Positions 34,683 through 48,000 of a stretch of 64,000 nt of DNA are shown piece by piece (within the stretch, counting starts at the first letter, position 1; the number at the start of each line of letters is the position of its first letter). The notes under the pieces are model-generated. The model was not told where the DNA came from. It worked only from the letters and a program-made list of their open reading frames with translations, and made no database searches. The stretch spans positions 371,016 through 435,015 of the forward strand of contig NMRA01000041.1 of NCBI GenBank assembly GCA_002633005.1, in the 5' to 3' direction. The stretch comes from Phoronis australis. Its lineage: Eukaryota > Animalia > Phoronida. A program made the translations under genes and the position numbers.

Positions 34683-36472
34683 TTTCAGCTTACAACACAC
34701 TAAACAATCCCTAAATCCAACGCAGTTGAGTTCTCTACTAACCTATCTTGCCGCAGAATACTCGCCGATGGAAAGTGGTGGCGACAATTGGTGAAAAATA
34801 GCACAAAACAAAAGTAGAATAGAACAGATTCGCACAGTAAGCTCAACGCAAAACCAAGTGGCGGGAAGCGCTTGCCTCCTAAAACGTCACTTCCGGAAAA
34901 GCGGACGAGTAATTAATAAAATTACGAAAAGCTGTAATTAAGGGAAAAATATGTCTAGGATAACCAACCAACCTTATTTTAGCTCAAAACGACATGGAAA
35001 AAGGTTGCCTTCGCCTTTAATTTCAGGACACTGAACGCATGAGAATGTGCGACTCATTATCATAAAGAAGTTTTCCGTACAAACCCCCAGTGCCGCAGAT
35101 TATACCATACCGAATTGAAGTCATGCAGCAAGACAAGCTTTTGGCATCATGCTATACGACAGAGTCTCAGCCAGCGGCTAATGAGGTAGAACAGCAACAG
35201 CATACACACCGCAACTACAAGAGAAATTTCGCGAAGCAATGTTATGAACTTTTGCTAAACTCAAAGGAAGTCATTACAACTAGATGCGTACTAAATGGCA
35301 CAAAATTCATTAACTCATAACAGTATATGAATGCTGAATAATACTGTACAATATTCTTTATGAGAACTAGTAACAACCAACTTAAGTGTTTACTTTAGTA
35401 AGAGCTTAAACACGGCAGGGCTTGCCTGTTAGTTTTTACTCAAACTGTTTGTTCTAATCCAGATAATTTAGAAAACTCGTAACAGGTTTTTTGTGATTTT
35501 ACCTTTATTTAAATCAAACAATACATGGTCGCATTACTCAGCTAATTAATACCACACAGAAAATATACAGACTAATATCAAACTCTATTGACTTTCAACA
35601 ATTAAAAATATATCATTCCTAGAGTGTCTACTAGGTTGGAGTAATCTGCCTGTAAATATTTTGGCTAAATGCAGATACTAGTACAGTACTACAGCTGCAG
35701 GATTTGACTTACGAATGACATGATAACCTTGCTTAACAACAACAAACATAATTCAGTTTTATTATAGCAAATGTAGGCTCATAATTGCAGTAGGACTATC
35801 ACTTTAGTCGACTTACCTGACCAAAAAACGGCGAAAGTCCTTCGTAAAGCCTTGCGCTGACTCTTCGTCAAAGTCAACGGATGGGATCCATCCTCCAAAA
35901 ACTTCTTCACGTCACTCTCACTGTACTTGAGATCATGCATCTTTGCAAAAAAACGTCTGGAATATTCGTGTTTGTAGCAGATAACGACTCAACTGTCTCA
36001 CAGTAGCGTACAGAAGTGCCCTGGGAAGAAATTTCACGCTCTCAAGACCGGATGCTAACCTGGCCAATGTGCGCATGTGCAAAGTCGGATTGGGAAGAAA
36101 TTTCAAGGGGAAGAAATTTCACGCGACACCGGCATCGCGGCCGGACTGACTCGTTATCCCGGCCAGTGGTTCGGAAACCGATAAGGCCCATCGCGGCCGC
36201 CGGGACTGCCACGAACATAAACCAGCTTAAGTTGGGAACTAAACCTCCAGTTACGAAAAGACTATAAGAGTAAATAAACCAAAGAAATAATGTGCAAGTA
36301 ATTATGTGAATTAGCCACGAAACTCAAATTTACTTACTTGTCGGGGGCCGCGAAGTCGGGTTCCCCTTCCGGCACAGATCCGTCAGGACAAAGGTTGTAC
36401 AGTAACAATGATTTGAATAATGTATTTGTATTTCTAAATCAAGATAGCCCTAACATGTGACCATAGCATATA

Positions 36473-39400
36473 CAGGGCCGCAGGAAGGAAAAAAATATTG
36501 GGGGAGCACAAACCAATTTGACTTTGCCAACCACCCCTTGCTATCGTCACGCCCCCCCCCCCCCCCANCCGTAATTCTCTGGCTGTCACCATATTGTACC
36601 GAACCCCACCCCCACGTCCGCCGTAGGTGGGGGTAATACCGGGGATGCAGCCATCAGGATTTGAGTAACCGTGAACCAACAAACCAACAAAGATTCACGG
36701 AGAGTGAGAATGCGTCTAGGCCCCGAGCGCTCTAACGGAGCTGTATGAAGTTATAGCTGGGTCGAAGGTCAAGGTTCCTTTTATTGTGATCCATTTTCAG
36801 GAAGATTTCATTTTATTATGGGGATTCTTTGAAGTCATTTTTGAAAAGGTGAGGTCCCGAGGTGCCTGGTATGAGTGCCTTCGTGGCCCTTTCAGAATCT
36901 CTTGATGAAACACAGCCGGTAGCCCAGTTTCTGGTTGCTGGGGAAAATGATACAGACTTCAACGTCTGGGGTTCAAATTCACTTCCCGTGGGTAACTGAT
37001 ATTCAAAGCAGGCCTATTGCATGGTTACACCTTATTTTTAACGTGGGTGTGCCTGTCATGACGTCCTCCCTGCATGCGCGCACCTGGGGGGCTCGATGGC
37101 AATGTGGGCAAAAAAGTCCTCAGAGAAACAAAATATCCGAGAAAAACGACACAAAAGTCCACTTAAAAGGTAGGATACGGCGTATGCACAATTCCTAGCC
37201 CTGAATGAACCCCGTATTCGTTTTTTTTTTAGTAAAAGGTCCTTATTCTCAAAAATTCGAGCCCCCTTAATTTTAGGCTGGATGCGCGAATGCCCTGTGT
37301 GTAGTATGCACGGGAAATGCAAGCAAACGGTTCAGTTTTAAAGAACAAAAATTCATTGCGCAGTACTACTGGAATCCAAAAACATCGAGGAAGTTCAAAT
37401 ACAACCTTTCCAAGATGATGACCAATAAGTTTGATTTTATTTATTTATGTACCTAAACTCCGTTTTTCATTTACGGTCTGTAAACTTAAAACCAGTAATC
37501 TAGTTCATAAGCCAATAAACAATTTATTGTCATTTGAATTGTGAGAACATTTTAGGACACATTGTTGAGTTTGAGTTGTCCGAAATTCATCAATTTCCTT
37601 AAGACTTATTTCACATAGACAGAAATCGTTTAGTATATTTTTATATTTGGGGGTCTGAAGATAGGTCGAATTTCCCAATGTCGGCCTGCAATGAAATGCA
37701 TTGAAGTATTGTCATTTTTTACGAGATTAGCTTTTAATTGTCAAAAAAACATCTCTCAATCAGTCCACTTTTCGTAGATACATAAACATGTAAATCAGAA
37801 ACCAACAATAAAATCCATGAGCAATGCGTTTACCTTGATTTAATCCCCTGTTAGTGACCTTAAACAACAAATCTTGTACCGAAGTCAAAAAGCAATGCAT
37901 TTATTGTCATTTGAATTTTGAGTATTTTTTGGATAGTGTCCAGATTTCACCAATATTTTTGAGAGTTATTTTAGATAGGCAAAAAGCGTCCAAGTGCATT
38001 TTACTATTTGTGGATCGGATTATATTTTTTCCATATTCAGACTTCAACTTAATTCCCCGAATCGTCATCATTTCTTAAAAGATTAGCTTCTAATTGCCAA
38101 AAATCACCTATTAGCTGTCGATTTTCGTAGATACATAAACATGTTTATCAGAAACCAACGAAATTGTTAATCAAAACGGAATGTTATAAGTAATTTCCGC
38201 ATGCATGGTCGTACACATTTGACGGGTAACCGGGGGAATATGGGTATTGGGCATTTATAGTGAGGTGTATTTTTGCTCTTTCCGAGGTATCTATAACGAT
38301 TCACGAATTTAACTTGATCTCAAAAAAACGCTGAAATATTTGTTTAATTTGTTTATTGTTGCCAATATTTGGGAACACTCGTTCGACATGTACACGGTCA
38401 CGCCAATGGTAGCCTCGACAGCAGTGTTTTCAACATGTGGGATCGGAATTCCTTACAAACAACTCATAGTAACCATCTTCAAAAGAGATACTATTCTTGT
38501 GATAATATGGGAAACAGTAACATTATTTATAAATAATTTTTGCAAATAGTACTTTTGTGTAATTAGCAAACAACGGTCTTCACGTTCTTTAAAATTTCCG
38601 ACTCCCTTACGATGTCGGTCAATCCTATTGTATTTTTTCAAATTTTTTGGTTGTTCGGGTCGAATGTCTTGATACTGCTGTGCTGTGCTGTGCATGAATG
38701 TTTTGCGTTTTTTATGAATTTCGAATCACAGCTTCCTTCGTGAATATTTGGCAGTGTCGGACTAACATGTAAAGAGGGACAAAGGGACATTTCTCCGAAC
38801 TGGTCCACCGAGAGAGGGTCCCGTCTGAAATGGCACACCTTAATAATGAAAAGCTAAACATCATCAAGCTTGGATAGAGTGACAGTTCATTCCAGCGTCG
38901 TGTGGTCAGACGACGGTGCAGGAAGTGACCTTCTTCAACATGAAAGTTGGTTGCACGATTTCACAAAAACAGGAAAATAGACGTAATCGAATCCAACATT
39001 GGGTCCTCTCTCCGTGAGCTTACCCTTAAGAATTTGTCAATAGAAACATAAAAACTGTGTTCACTTGAATTTCATCAATGGCCACTCAATGTGAAAATAT
39101 CTATATTTTCAAAAATTCAGTAAATGTGCAGCGAAAGTGGTGATATCTGTCAGGTCATCAATTTTTCTGAAGTGATATACAATTCGAGAAAATAGCGGCA
39201 GTCGTCTCCGTTATCCTTTGCCAGAGGGGGGCGTCTGGAAAAATATGGTTTTGCAGTAGTAAAGTTGACATACTGAATTTAAAAATCAAGTAAATTAATA
39301 CGCTCCGCAAAAGCTTCGCTTTACATTTTTTCGATTTTTCGAAATGTGTGTATGAATGATTACGTGCACGTTTCCAAGTGCGTTTATACGACCTGTGCTG

Positions 39401-39634
39401 TGAAAGCGGAGACCCCAACAACAATGTTATGGCCAGGGTCCTCAGAGGGTAAATCATGCACTGATACAGAGTTGTAAAATGTCCTCTTGAGTTTTCTCTC
39501 TTATCCGTATTTAGCAGTCTTTCTTTTCTTGACTGTCCCCGCCCCACGCGTCGGTTGCCACGGTTTAACGCTGACGCCTCAATTTTTTTTTAGGGGGGGG
39601 TCCGTGCCCCCTCGGTCCCCCGCTTGCTACTGCC
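36473..39634 (-). mobile_element. Decayed hAT-like element
   Basis: CAGGGCCG start and GC-rich ...GCTACTGCCC end. Minus strand near 38340-38420 reads TIGVTV..(frameshift)ERVF..LATI, resembling the hAT dimerisation motif. Internal ~360-bp duplication at 37500-38160. Confidence 0.4.
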
Positions 39635-40353
39635 CACAACAGCTTTCTGTCAGCCAACACTGAATTAGCATGCGCTCACACGGCCTCGGTGCCCGGTCAA
39701 TTACCTGTGTTGTGCCGGCGTCAAAAGCCGGTAACAGAGTGGTTAATTCATTGCTGGCTTCTCAAAACATTTGCACTCACGAGAGCACTCCAATGCAATA
39801 CAAATTGTATCTAATGAGACAGACTTTGTTTCAGTTTCATATAAGCATTGGTTAGGATGAGAGTTATTCATTTTGAAACAGAACGCACAATAATAAACGT
39901 CTACGGCGCCAATCCAGACTTAGTCGAGAGCTCATCCGACGAATGAAGACTTCACCGGTCGGATGGTTGGGTTTCACAGGATATCAGTTCGAACCAGAAT
40001 ACACTGATCAAGAAAGACTAGAAAGGAGCTGTGAACATGCACAGGCAACGGAACGTATGGATAGTTCTTTGGTAAGTCGGAATTCGTTTAAGAAATCGCT
40101 GTCAACGAAATGCCGGCAACAGACACAGAGATGTTTGACGGCCTCATACTTGCTATTAACAGCGTACCTTTTATTCTTCACTACAGCGAGCCACTTCCTA
40201 AGCATTTCAGGCTCTCGAGGAAGTCGAAAAATCGATATACCCGCTTTTTTCGCATCTTAATTGTTCGGAAAAGCGGGAACAATGCACCGCAATACAGCGG
40301 CATTCACTCTGAAGAGGAACCACTGACGTCGCTGCGTCGTTTCTCACCTTCCT

Positions 40354-43300
40354 AGCTGTTTGGACAACATTTTCTGGCAGAGATGACTCCAGAGGGTAGG
40401 AGTTGTGGTCAGGTAAACTTGGATAACAAAGAAAATACTTGACTTAAACGTACCCTAAGTAACATAAAAACGTTTTGATAACTGAGTAAACCTCATCAAA
40501 GTTTGAAAATGGACAGGATCTTTAAGGTATAATACAACGCTTGCCTCAAATACAAGCTCATGCATATGCATCAGATACAGCGCAGCCTCAACGGGATGAT
40601 CAGTATTTTAAACGTTCCCTCTGAAAGGGCAATACAATTAGATCACAATAACTGCTTGAGTTAGTTGTTATTAAATCACACAAAAGGTAACACTTTATAG
40701 AAGATATTGCTAATCAACACTAGCGCTGGTTCCAGAGACGAACCAAAATACACTCACACTTCAGTGCACCACCAGGAGCGCAAATTAAATTTCCATGGAA
40801 AAGATTCTGCGCCCGGGCTTCCTGTATGCTATAAAAGTAAATGCGTGAGCCACAAGCATGACAAATTCTAACAATCTAATTTGAAGAACGAAAATTTATC
40901 ACGCAATGCTACTGGTAAGGAAGCGTGCATATATCTGGTCATGCAATTTACTATTAATCTTCTTCCCAAGTTTATAAACAATTCATTTACTTGATTTAAA
41001 TATTTCACTCCCTATTTACCACCTCTTTATGAATTTCAATTTACAATGCGGTTAATGCCGTACGAAGTGTTATTACATTTTGGGAAACCCTGTATTATCA
41101 CCTATGCAAATACCTTTTATATTATTAATCCCGTCAGACATTATATCATTCCTTTTATTATCCATTTTAAAATCAATAGCAGTGTAGTAGAAAAGTTCAG
41201 TGCAATAATTTACAATGTTGAGACTTGATTGTAAGCTTAAAGATGTTCCTGGTTCACATTTTATATAATACAGCTTTTTAATTAATTAAATATATTAACC
41301 ATTGTAAATTACTGACATACAAAAAGCACAAATAGTGTTGCCGTAACATTACCTTAGTGTGGTCTGTGTGGATTGACTTTCACCATGCACATACGCGCGC
41401 GCAGGCACGCACACACACACGCACACGCACACTCACATATGTGTAAGCAAATTTACCCAGAAGATAAGAACCTACATACCTTAGATGCAACTTCGGATAC
41501 TTCCAGGGTTTGCCAATGCCTGAAGGCCCAGCTCCCAGCACAACTACCCTCTTGTCAGGGTGCCGGTAGCAGTGACTATGCACGACGTGACCTCTGAGTA
41601 AAACCAAGGTTCCGTAGGTCAGGATAATGTGGCGTAGCAAAATGACTGGAAATGATGTATGGAAACATTAGTTATGATACTATCATAATGAATCGTGATC
41701 ACTAATGAATAAAGTATTGTGTGTTGTGGTGCAACTGTCTTTAGCTTCTTACAAAAATTACAGAATAGATATTCGGTAACAATATAGGATCTTCTAATGT
41801 CTTATCATAACCAGGGCTTACACATTATGGTTAGTAGTAAGTGCATATCAAGTTTCAATCTAGCAGCTCCATCTTGTGCGCAGAGTAAGGTGCAATCCAG
41901 ACCAACTTTATAAAGCAGTGAATTCAAATGTTATACTTGTTTCGAAAAAAAAGTAATGAAGGTGAGTGCATTGGGACTGTTATGGTTTTTGTGTTAATTA
42001 AGGCAGTACAAAACTTTAGATGAACACTATACGCTCTTTTCCCTAACTGAAAGTCATATTCCAAAACAGTGTCAATCAAGGTTGATATTTAGATGCAACA
42101 TTGGTTCAGAAATAATTTCAAAACCATAATCAGCATAAACTTCACTAATGCTAACGACACTTTATACCCACCCATTACAGACCGTGATCGCATCAAACTC
42201 TTGACATCTCGAAGGTATTCCAGGCTCCTTTATCAGTTTTGTTGTCACGTCCCACAGTGTTGATCCATTTGGTGAAACTCTGAGATTTACCTGATGCACT
42301 TGAGCACAAAACTACAATAAGGCAAGCAGTTAAGTGTAAGAACTCAAGAGAAAGCAACTTATTTCTCATTGGGTTTAACATAAAGCAAAGGTTTTTGTCC
42401 CCTTTCTGCTTAGACGAGGAACATGCCATAACAAAGCTTAAAGCCGAATTTAAACATTTCACTGATGACATTAGTTTAGTGTTCATTTAGAACTGAAGTC
42501 CTCACATTTTGGAGAAGCTGACCAGTCATGTGTTTACTCGTAAGCACGACTTTGTTGGCAACCAAAATTAAGTCTTGGATCAAAAGACAAAAGTATAGAC
42601 TAAATTAGAAGGTCAACTTTTCAAAGTTCTTTTTTCCAATTTTTAAGGTACCTGTAATGAAACACACCTGAATGTATTCCATAAGTGAGTAATGTGAAGT
42701 GTAGTCCTCCAAGTACTTCAATACATCTTTATGACCAACAAACGATGGCAGGCTCTTGTCAAATGGAAAGTCTGGAAAGGCCATAACTTCCTTGGGAAGA
42801 TTTGTTCCATAATTTGCAAACTAATAAAAGAACACAACACTAACGACATCAGGAAAGCTTCTTGGTGTAACAGTTCTCCACAAACACCAACTTACCGAAT
42901 CACAAACTTTAAAGGAAAATGCCACGCGATTCAATAAGTCTTTTTTACCGTCTTAATTGGTCTATATCCTAATCGCCTCTTATACGGTTGACCTCACCTT
43001 GCTGAGAGGTGTCGCGTTAACCTGTGAGGAAGGTGAGAAACGACGCAACGACGTCAGTGGTTCGTCTGCAGAGTGAATGCTGCTATATTGCTGTGTATCG
43101 TTCCGCTTGTCCGAACTATGTAGCTGCAAAGAAAGCGGGTATATCGTTCTTTTTTTCGACTTCCTCGAGAGCCCGAAATGCTTAGGAAGTGGCTCGGGGT
43201 AGTGAAGAATGAAAGATTAGCTGTTAATAGCAAGTATGAGGCCATGAAACATTTCCGTGTCTGTGCCGGGCTGGCATTTCGTCCACAGGGATTTATCCGA

Positions 43301-45060
43301 CGAATTCCGCCTTGCCAAAGAACTATCCATACGTTCCGTTGCCTGTGCATGTTCACGGCGCCTCTCTAGTATTTCTTCATCAGTGTATTCCGGTTCGAAC
43401 TGAAAGCCTTTGAAACCTAACGATCCGACCCTTGAAGTCTTCGTCGGACGAGCTCTTGACTATATCGTGATTGGCGCCGGGCGAGTTGCCATGTAGACGT
43501 TTGCTATTCTGCGTTCTGTTTCATAATGAATTATTCTCATCCTAACCAATGCTTATATGAAACTGAAACAAAGTCTGTCTCAGTAGATACAATTTGTGAT
43601 GCCTTGGAGTGCTCGTTAGTGTAAATGTTTTGAGAAGCCAGCAATGAATAAACCACTGCGTTACCGGCTTTTGATGCCGGCAACAAAGGTAATTGACAGA
43701 TTACCGAGACCGTGTGAGCGCATGCTAATTAAGTGTTTGCTGACAAAAAGCTGTTGTGAAACAATTACTCGATTTTATATGCTATGGTCACATGTTAGGG
43801 GAATCTTTATTTAGAAATACAAATATATTATTCAAATCATTGTTACTGTACAACCTTTGCCCTGGCGGTCTGCGGAAGGGGAATTTTGCGGCCCTCAACA
43901 AGTAAGTACATTTTCAGTTTCATGGCTAAATCACATAAATAACTACGTGCACGTCGCTTCTTTGGCTTACTATTATAGTGACTGGAGGTTTAGTCTTGAC
44001 GGTCTGTGGAAGAGGAACCCGACTTCGAGGCTCCCGACAAGTAAGTAGATTTTAAGTTTCGTGGCTAATTCACATAAATAATTACCTGCGCATTATTTCT
44101 TTGGCTCAGTATTATAGTCTGTTCGTGACTGGAGGCTAAGTTTCCAACTCAAACTGGTTTATGTTCGTACCAGTCCCGGCGGCCGCGACGTGGCTGAGCG
44201 CTGGCGTTTCGAGCCACTGGCCGAGATAACGAGTCAGGCCCGCAGCAACGGGCCTGATCGGGTTTCGAACTCAAAAAATCACAAGTAAAAACAAAACAGA
44301 ACAAGGTTCTCCTGTCTGTATTTCACGGAAGAATACTTCGAATTTATCTCCGAAGAGACCCCAAACTCCTGCTACCGACCTTGCTATATTGGCCTGCCGA
44401 ACTTTGTAGGCTGCGGTGTGTTTAAATACCACTAAATCCGTAACAGCGAAATAAAACAACAGACTTTCATAAGAATTTTGTGTATTTGTAAGGGTTTTGC
44501 ATCGAAGTTTGATGATTTATTGGTGTTAAACGATGAATTCCAACAATAAGCTGACACCACTAACCCGTATTGTGAACTGCTGAACAGACAGCGTGTGAAA
44601 CCAATTACGTCATTGGATATAATTTCGACACCTCCGTCTGCCGTCAAATGTCAGGTAACGCAACCGAACGTGCCGTTATCGAGTAGAACTACTTGATCTA
44701 AACTGATTCGAAATAGGTTGTTTTTGGGTGGTTTTCTCCTTTAATGTCAAGTAGGATGGACGATAGAGATAGCTCCAGCTAGGAAATGGTTTCTCATTTT
44801 GTACTAAATACATCGTAACCAGCAAGTTTTAGCCTAACAAGAAAAAGTCATTTCTCAAGTTCTTGTAAATGATCAAGTGTATCGGCACGCCGTATTCACC
44901 AGAACCGGTCTTGTCCTTGTAGACCCAGGTTCCACCGACACAGCCTGTTTGCTCGAAAGCGACTAATTCAAAAGCGTGTGGTCTTGCCGGTAGATGACGT
45001 AGAGCTCAGTGCCAAACCAGCATCGCCCCTGCCTACGACTGCTACGCGGATACGCTGCAT
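40354..45060 (-). pseudogene. Flavin-containing monooxygenase (FMO) pseudogene, 5 exons, 3' half missing
   Basis: Exons: 45060-44854 MQRIRVAVVGRGDAGL(fs)ALRHL..FEQTGCVGGTWVY..YKNLR; 42806-42668 TNLPKEVMAFPDFPF..HKDVLKYLEDY..YIQ; ~42290-42172 WDVTT..FDAITVCNG; 41645-41480 HFATPHYPDL(fs)GHVVHSHCYRHPDKRVVVLGAGPSG(fs)LEVSEVASK; ~40418-40354 VYL..SLPENVVQ. Frameshifts are present and the intron-1 GT and AG are lost. Confidence 0.9.
42913..44740 (-). mobile_element. Kolobok family B copy 2 (inverted), in FMO intron 1
   Basis: TTAA|AGGAAAATGCCA ... TGGTTTTCTCCT|TTAA; reverse complement of 23684-26280 without its insertions. Confidence 0.8.
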
Positions 45061-48000
45061 GTCGGAATGGTGCTACAAGAGTCACACATGTAAGTCTCAA
45101 GGTGCAGAACCGATGCACACCTGAATGGCCACCCCTTGACGTAACACCAATACACGAGCGCCACCTGTGTAGGTGGTAATGTCATCAATATGCTCTGCAT
45201 GAATCTCAAGATTGCATGTGCGTGAACATCGAATACACGAGGAAACGTGGAAAATTCACTCAAATAGTCACGCTCACGTTGACAAAAATTCCCAGTGCAC
45301 TTAACCAAATTACATTTTAACAAAATCTGAAAATTTTAACAAACCTAACCTATTAGCGAAGTTATTTTCCAAAGTAGTAATGATATAATTGATTAACCAT
45401 TCAAATATTACTTCTATTCAGCGTCAGTTCTGGTAAAGGATCTGTGTTTACTAGGTTTTTGGCTTATATACTGTATTTTCTCTTCCTTATTCATTAGGGC
45501 TATCATCATATGCAATATGAAAAGGATACACTGCAAGTTAATTTTCATTGCCTTGTCATGTAGTGGCCTCTGAATTTAGCGCCGGTTTTATATTTTCTGA
45601 TTTTTTTCTCTTTCCGAGGACATCCCTCACTGCAGAATACAGAGTCCTTGTTGTTTGGGTGGTCACTGTATACCATTAAACACATAACAACATTTTGTGC
45701 CTGCATCATGATGCATTTCTTAGGTGTGATACCGCAGTGTAGTATTTACGATTTAACCAAGACACTATGGCAATCTCACGTATGAAATCTGCCAGTTCCA
45801 TGATCAGGCACATATTTCTATGAACAAAAAGCCAATAAGATGACACCATCTATGTGCGTGAAACTGTCCTAACTTGTCTGTACAATATCAACTTATGTTC
45901 TCACAAATATGCAATTCACCGTACGTACTGCACGGCACTTTCGTCGGCTTCAGTCAAACATAAACGCCTTTACCCGCAGATCCAGGAATAGTTAGGTGTT
46001 AAAATTCTACTGTGAACTGGAGTTGGATAATCAGTGTAAGGAACTAACTGCCAATAATGACCCGGCGATCTGATCCTACTCCTTAGTTCTCGGAAGTTGT
46101 TCGTTATGATTGTAAGTGTTGTCACAATATTTGGAGTTTGGATATATATTTTGAAGCTGAATTTTAGCCTGTTAAGGTGACTAAAACACGAAAACTGCAT
46201 TTGGTTTTTAATTCCATTTCATCGAGACCATCAGAGCTATCAGCTACCACAAAATGTTCCAGAGTCAATTTGGTTCGGCCAACCCTAAAATTGTCGACTT
46301 GAAAATGGCGCACGTATGCACAGTCTACATTTCGAGTTGCCGGCTAATTCGGCAGTTATTCAAGATCGTGTGACTTTGGTAATGTTTTTAAGCCCCAAAG
46401 TGTGTCATCTAAGAATTCAACATTGACAGATAAACAGGAGCGAAATGCAACTTTAAATTTGATGACAAGATATATAACCACAAAACGCCTAATATGTTTC
46501 AAGGCTTATGTCTAAAATACTGTTTGAGTAATCTACTTTTACTGATCAGTAATGTTTATTGTGTACACGTACGATGAATATCCAACACATGACTTTTAAT
46601 TATTACTGTTGACCTTTACAACAGCTTAAAACGGATATACTCCTGCTTTCTGTTACAAAAACAATTTTTGATTTAAATCATGTGCCGTTGTAAAAATTGG
46701 CCTCCTATTGTTATAGTCAACATGGGCTAAAAAAGAACTGAATACTTGCTCTGCTAAAGACCAGGCTCTGCAAGTTGTAATGTCATGGCGTATCACTCTG
46801 CTATTAATCCTACATGTTATTGGGAAATAAAGGATAGTCCGTTATTTAAAAGGCCAAAAATCACAATATACAGCAGTAAATGGTCAAAATCAAGATTGAT
46901 TTTCTTAGACTATCGCCGCTTGAGGGTGCCTTAATCATGTTAGTTAATGTGAATCAGTTTAAAATTCCAGCAATCCTGGTTTGCAGTTAAAAATCAATCT
47001 CACAATCTCTCTTTTAAGCAAGAATGTATAGGTACTTTATCTCAGGGAATATTTGTGAACTTCCACTTGGAATATAAATGCCAGTTTGATACTACATGTG
47101 TTGTATTTCATACGTGTGTAAATGTAGTACCATTTTTTTGATAAGCCACACTACACAAATTATCTTCATAAAACTCATGTACATTCTGCATCACGTATTT
47201 ATGAATTATGTTCTAGAAATAAATAATTATCTTATCTTATCTTTTCTCGTTTTATCTATCTCGTCTAATTTGTTATATTTTTTCACTACATTTGTTCAGA
47301 GAAGTAACATGGCATATAAAGTGTATGACATTTGAGCATGCGTATTGCCTAACTGTTTCTCCTCTAGAAAAGGTGTAGATTTCCATAGACCTTTGGTATG
47401 TTGTAGAACAATTCAAGAGATTTCGTTTATTTGTATAAAAGTTAATTCTATTGCTATTTGTTTTGCGTGATTCATTATTTCACCGAGACTACAAGATAGA
47501 GGGGTAATAAAAGGAAAATAGTAATTGATAATAATATAAACGTATAGGAATAAATTTGATTACAAAAAGTAAATGGTACAATACAGTGATATATAACAAA
47601 TAAATATACAGCTATATTGATATACCAATGAAATAATAAACATGATTTGTGAGCGAAAAAAAATTAAAAGTGTATAGTTACGGAAACGGATTTTAGATTA
47701 TACCACTGGCATTAATTTAACGTTTACGACTTCGGCTTGACCTAATTATCGTTGCGTAGATTTCAAATTCGTTTTCTATACCTGGCCATTTGTCGTAAAG
47801 TTTTTAGGTAACGCCTTTAAAAAAAATAATGTGTAGTAATAATGCAGCCGCTTCGATCAACATAGGCCAAGGCCGCAAACAAGATTTTCGGTTCAACTGG
47901 TTGAACGAAATCGAACACCTTTCGTAATACGTTAAGTAGTTCCATCAATAATTTTCCCAGTGAAATGTTGACAAAACTCTCACTGACAATAATGAGCAAA

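Larger units (their letters stand above)
34026..35016. mobile_element. Kolobok-type DNA transposon with 158-bp TIRs (family C), internal assembly gap at 34343
   Basis: TTAA at 34022-34025 and 35017-35020; TIRs 34026-34183 and 34859-35016 (AGGCGAAGGCAACC...) with about 3 mismatches. Confidence 0.85.
32301..40353 (+). mobile_element. Kolobok family B copy 3, split by nested insertions (pieces 32301-32796, 36134-36472, 39635-40353)
   Basis: TTAA|AAGAGAATGCCACCC left end; the three pieces are collinear with copies 1 and 2; right end is missing. Confidence 0.75.
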
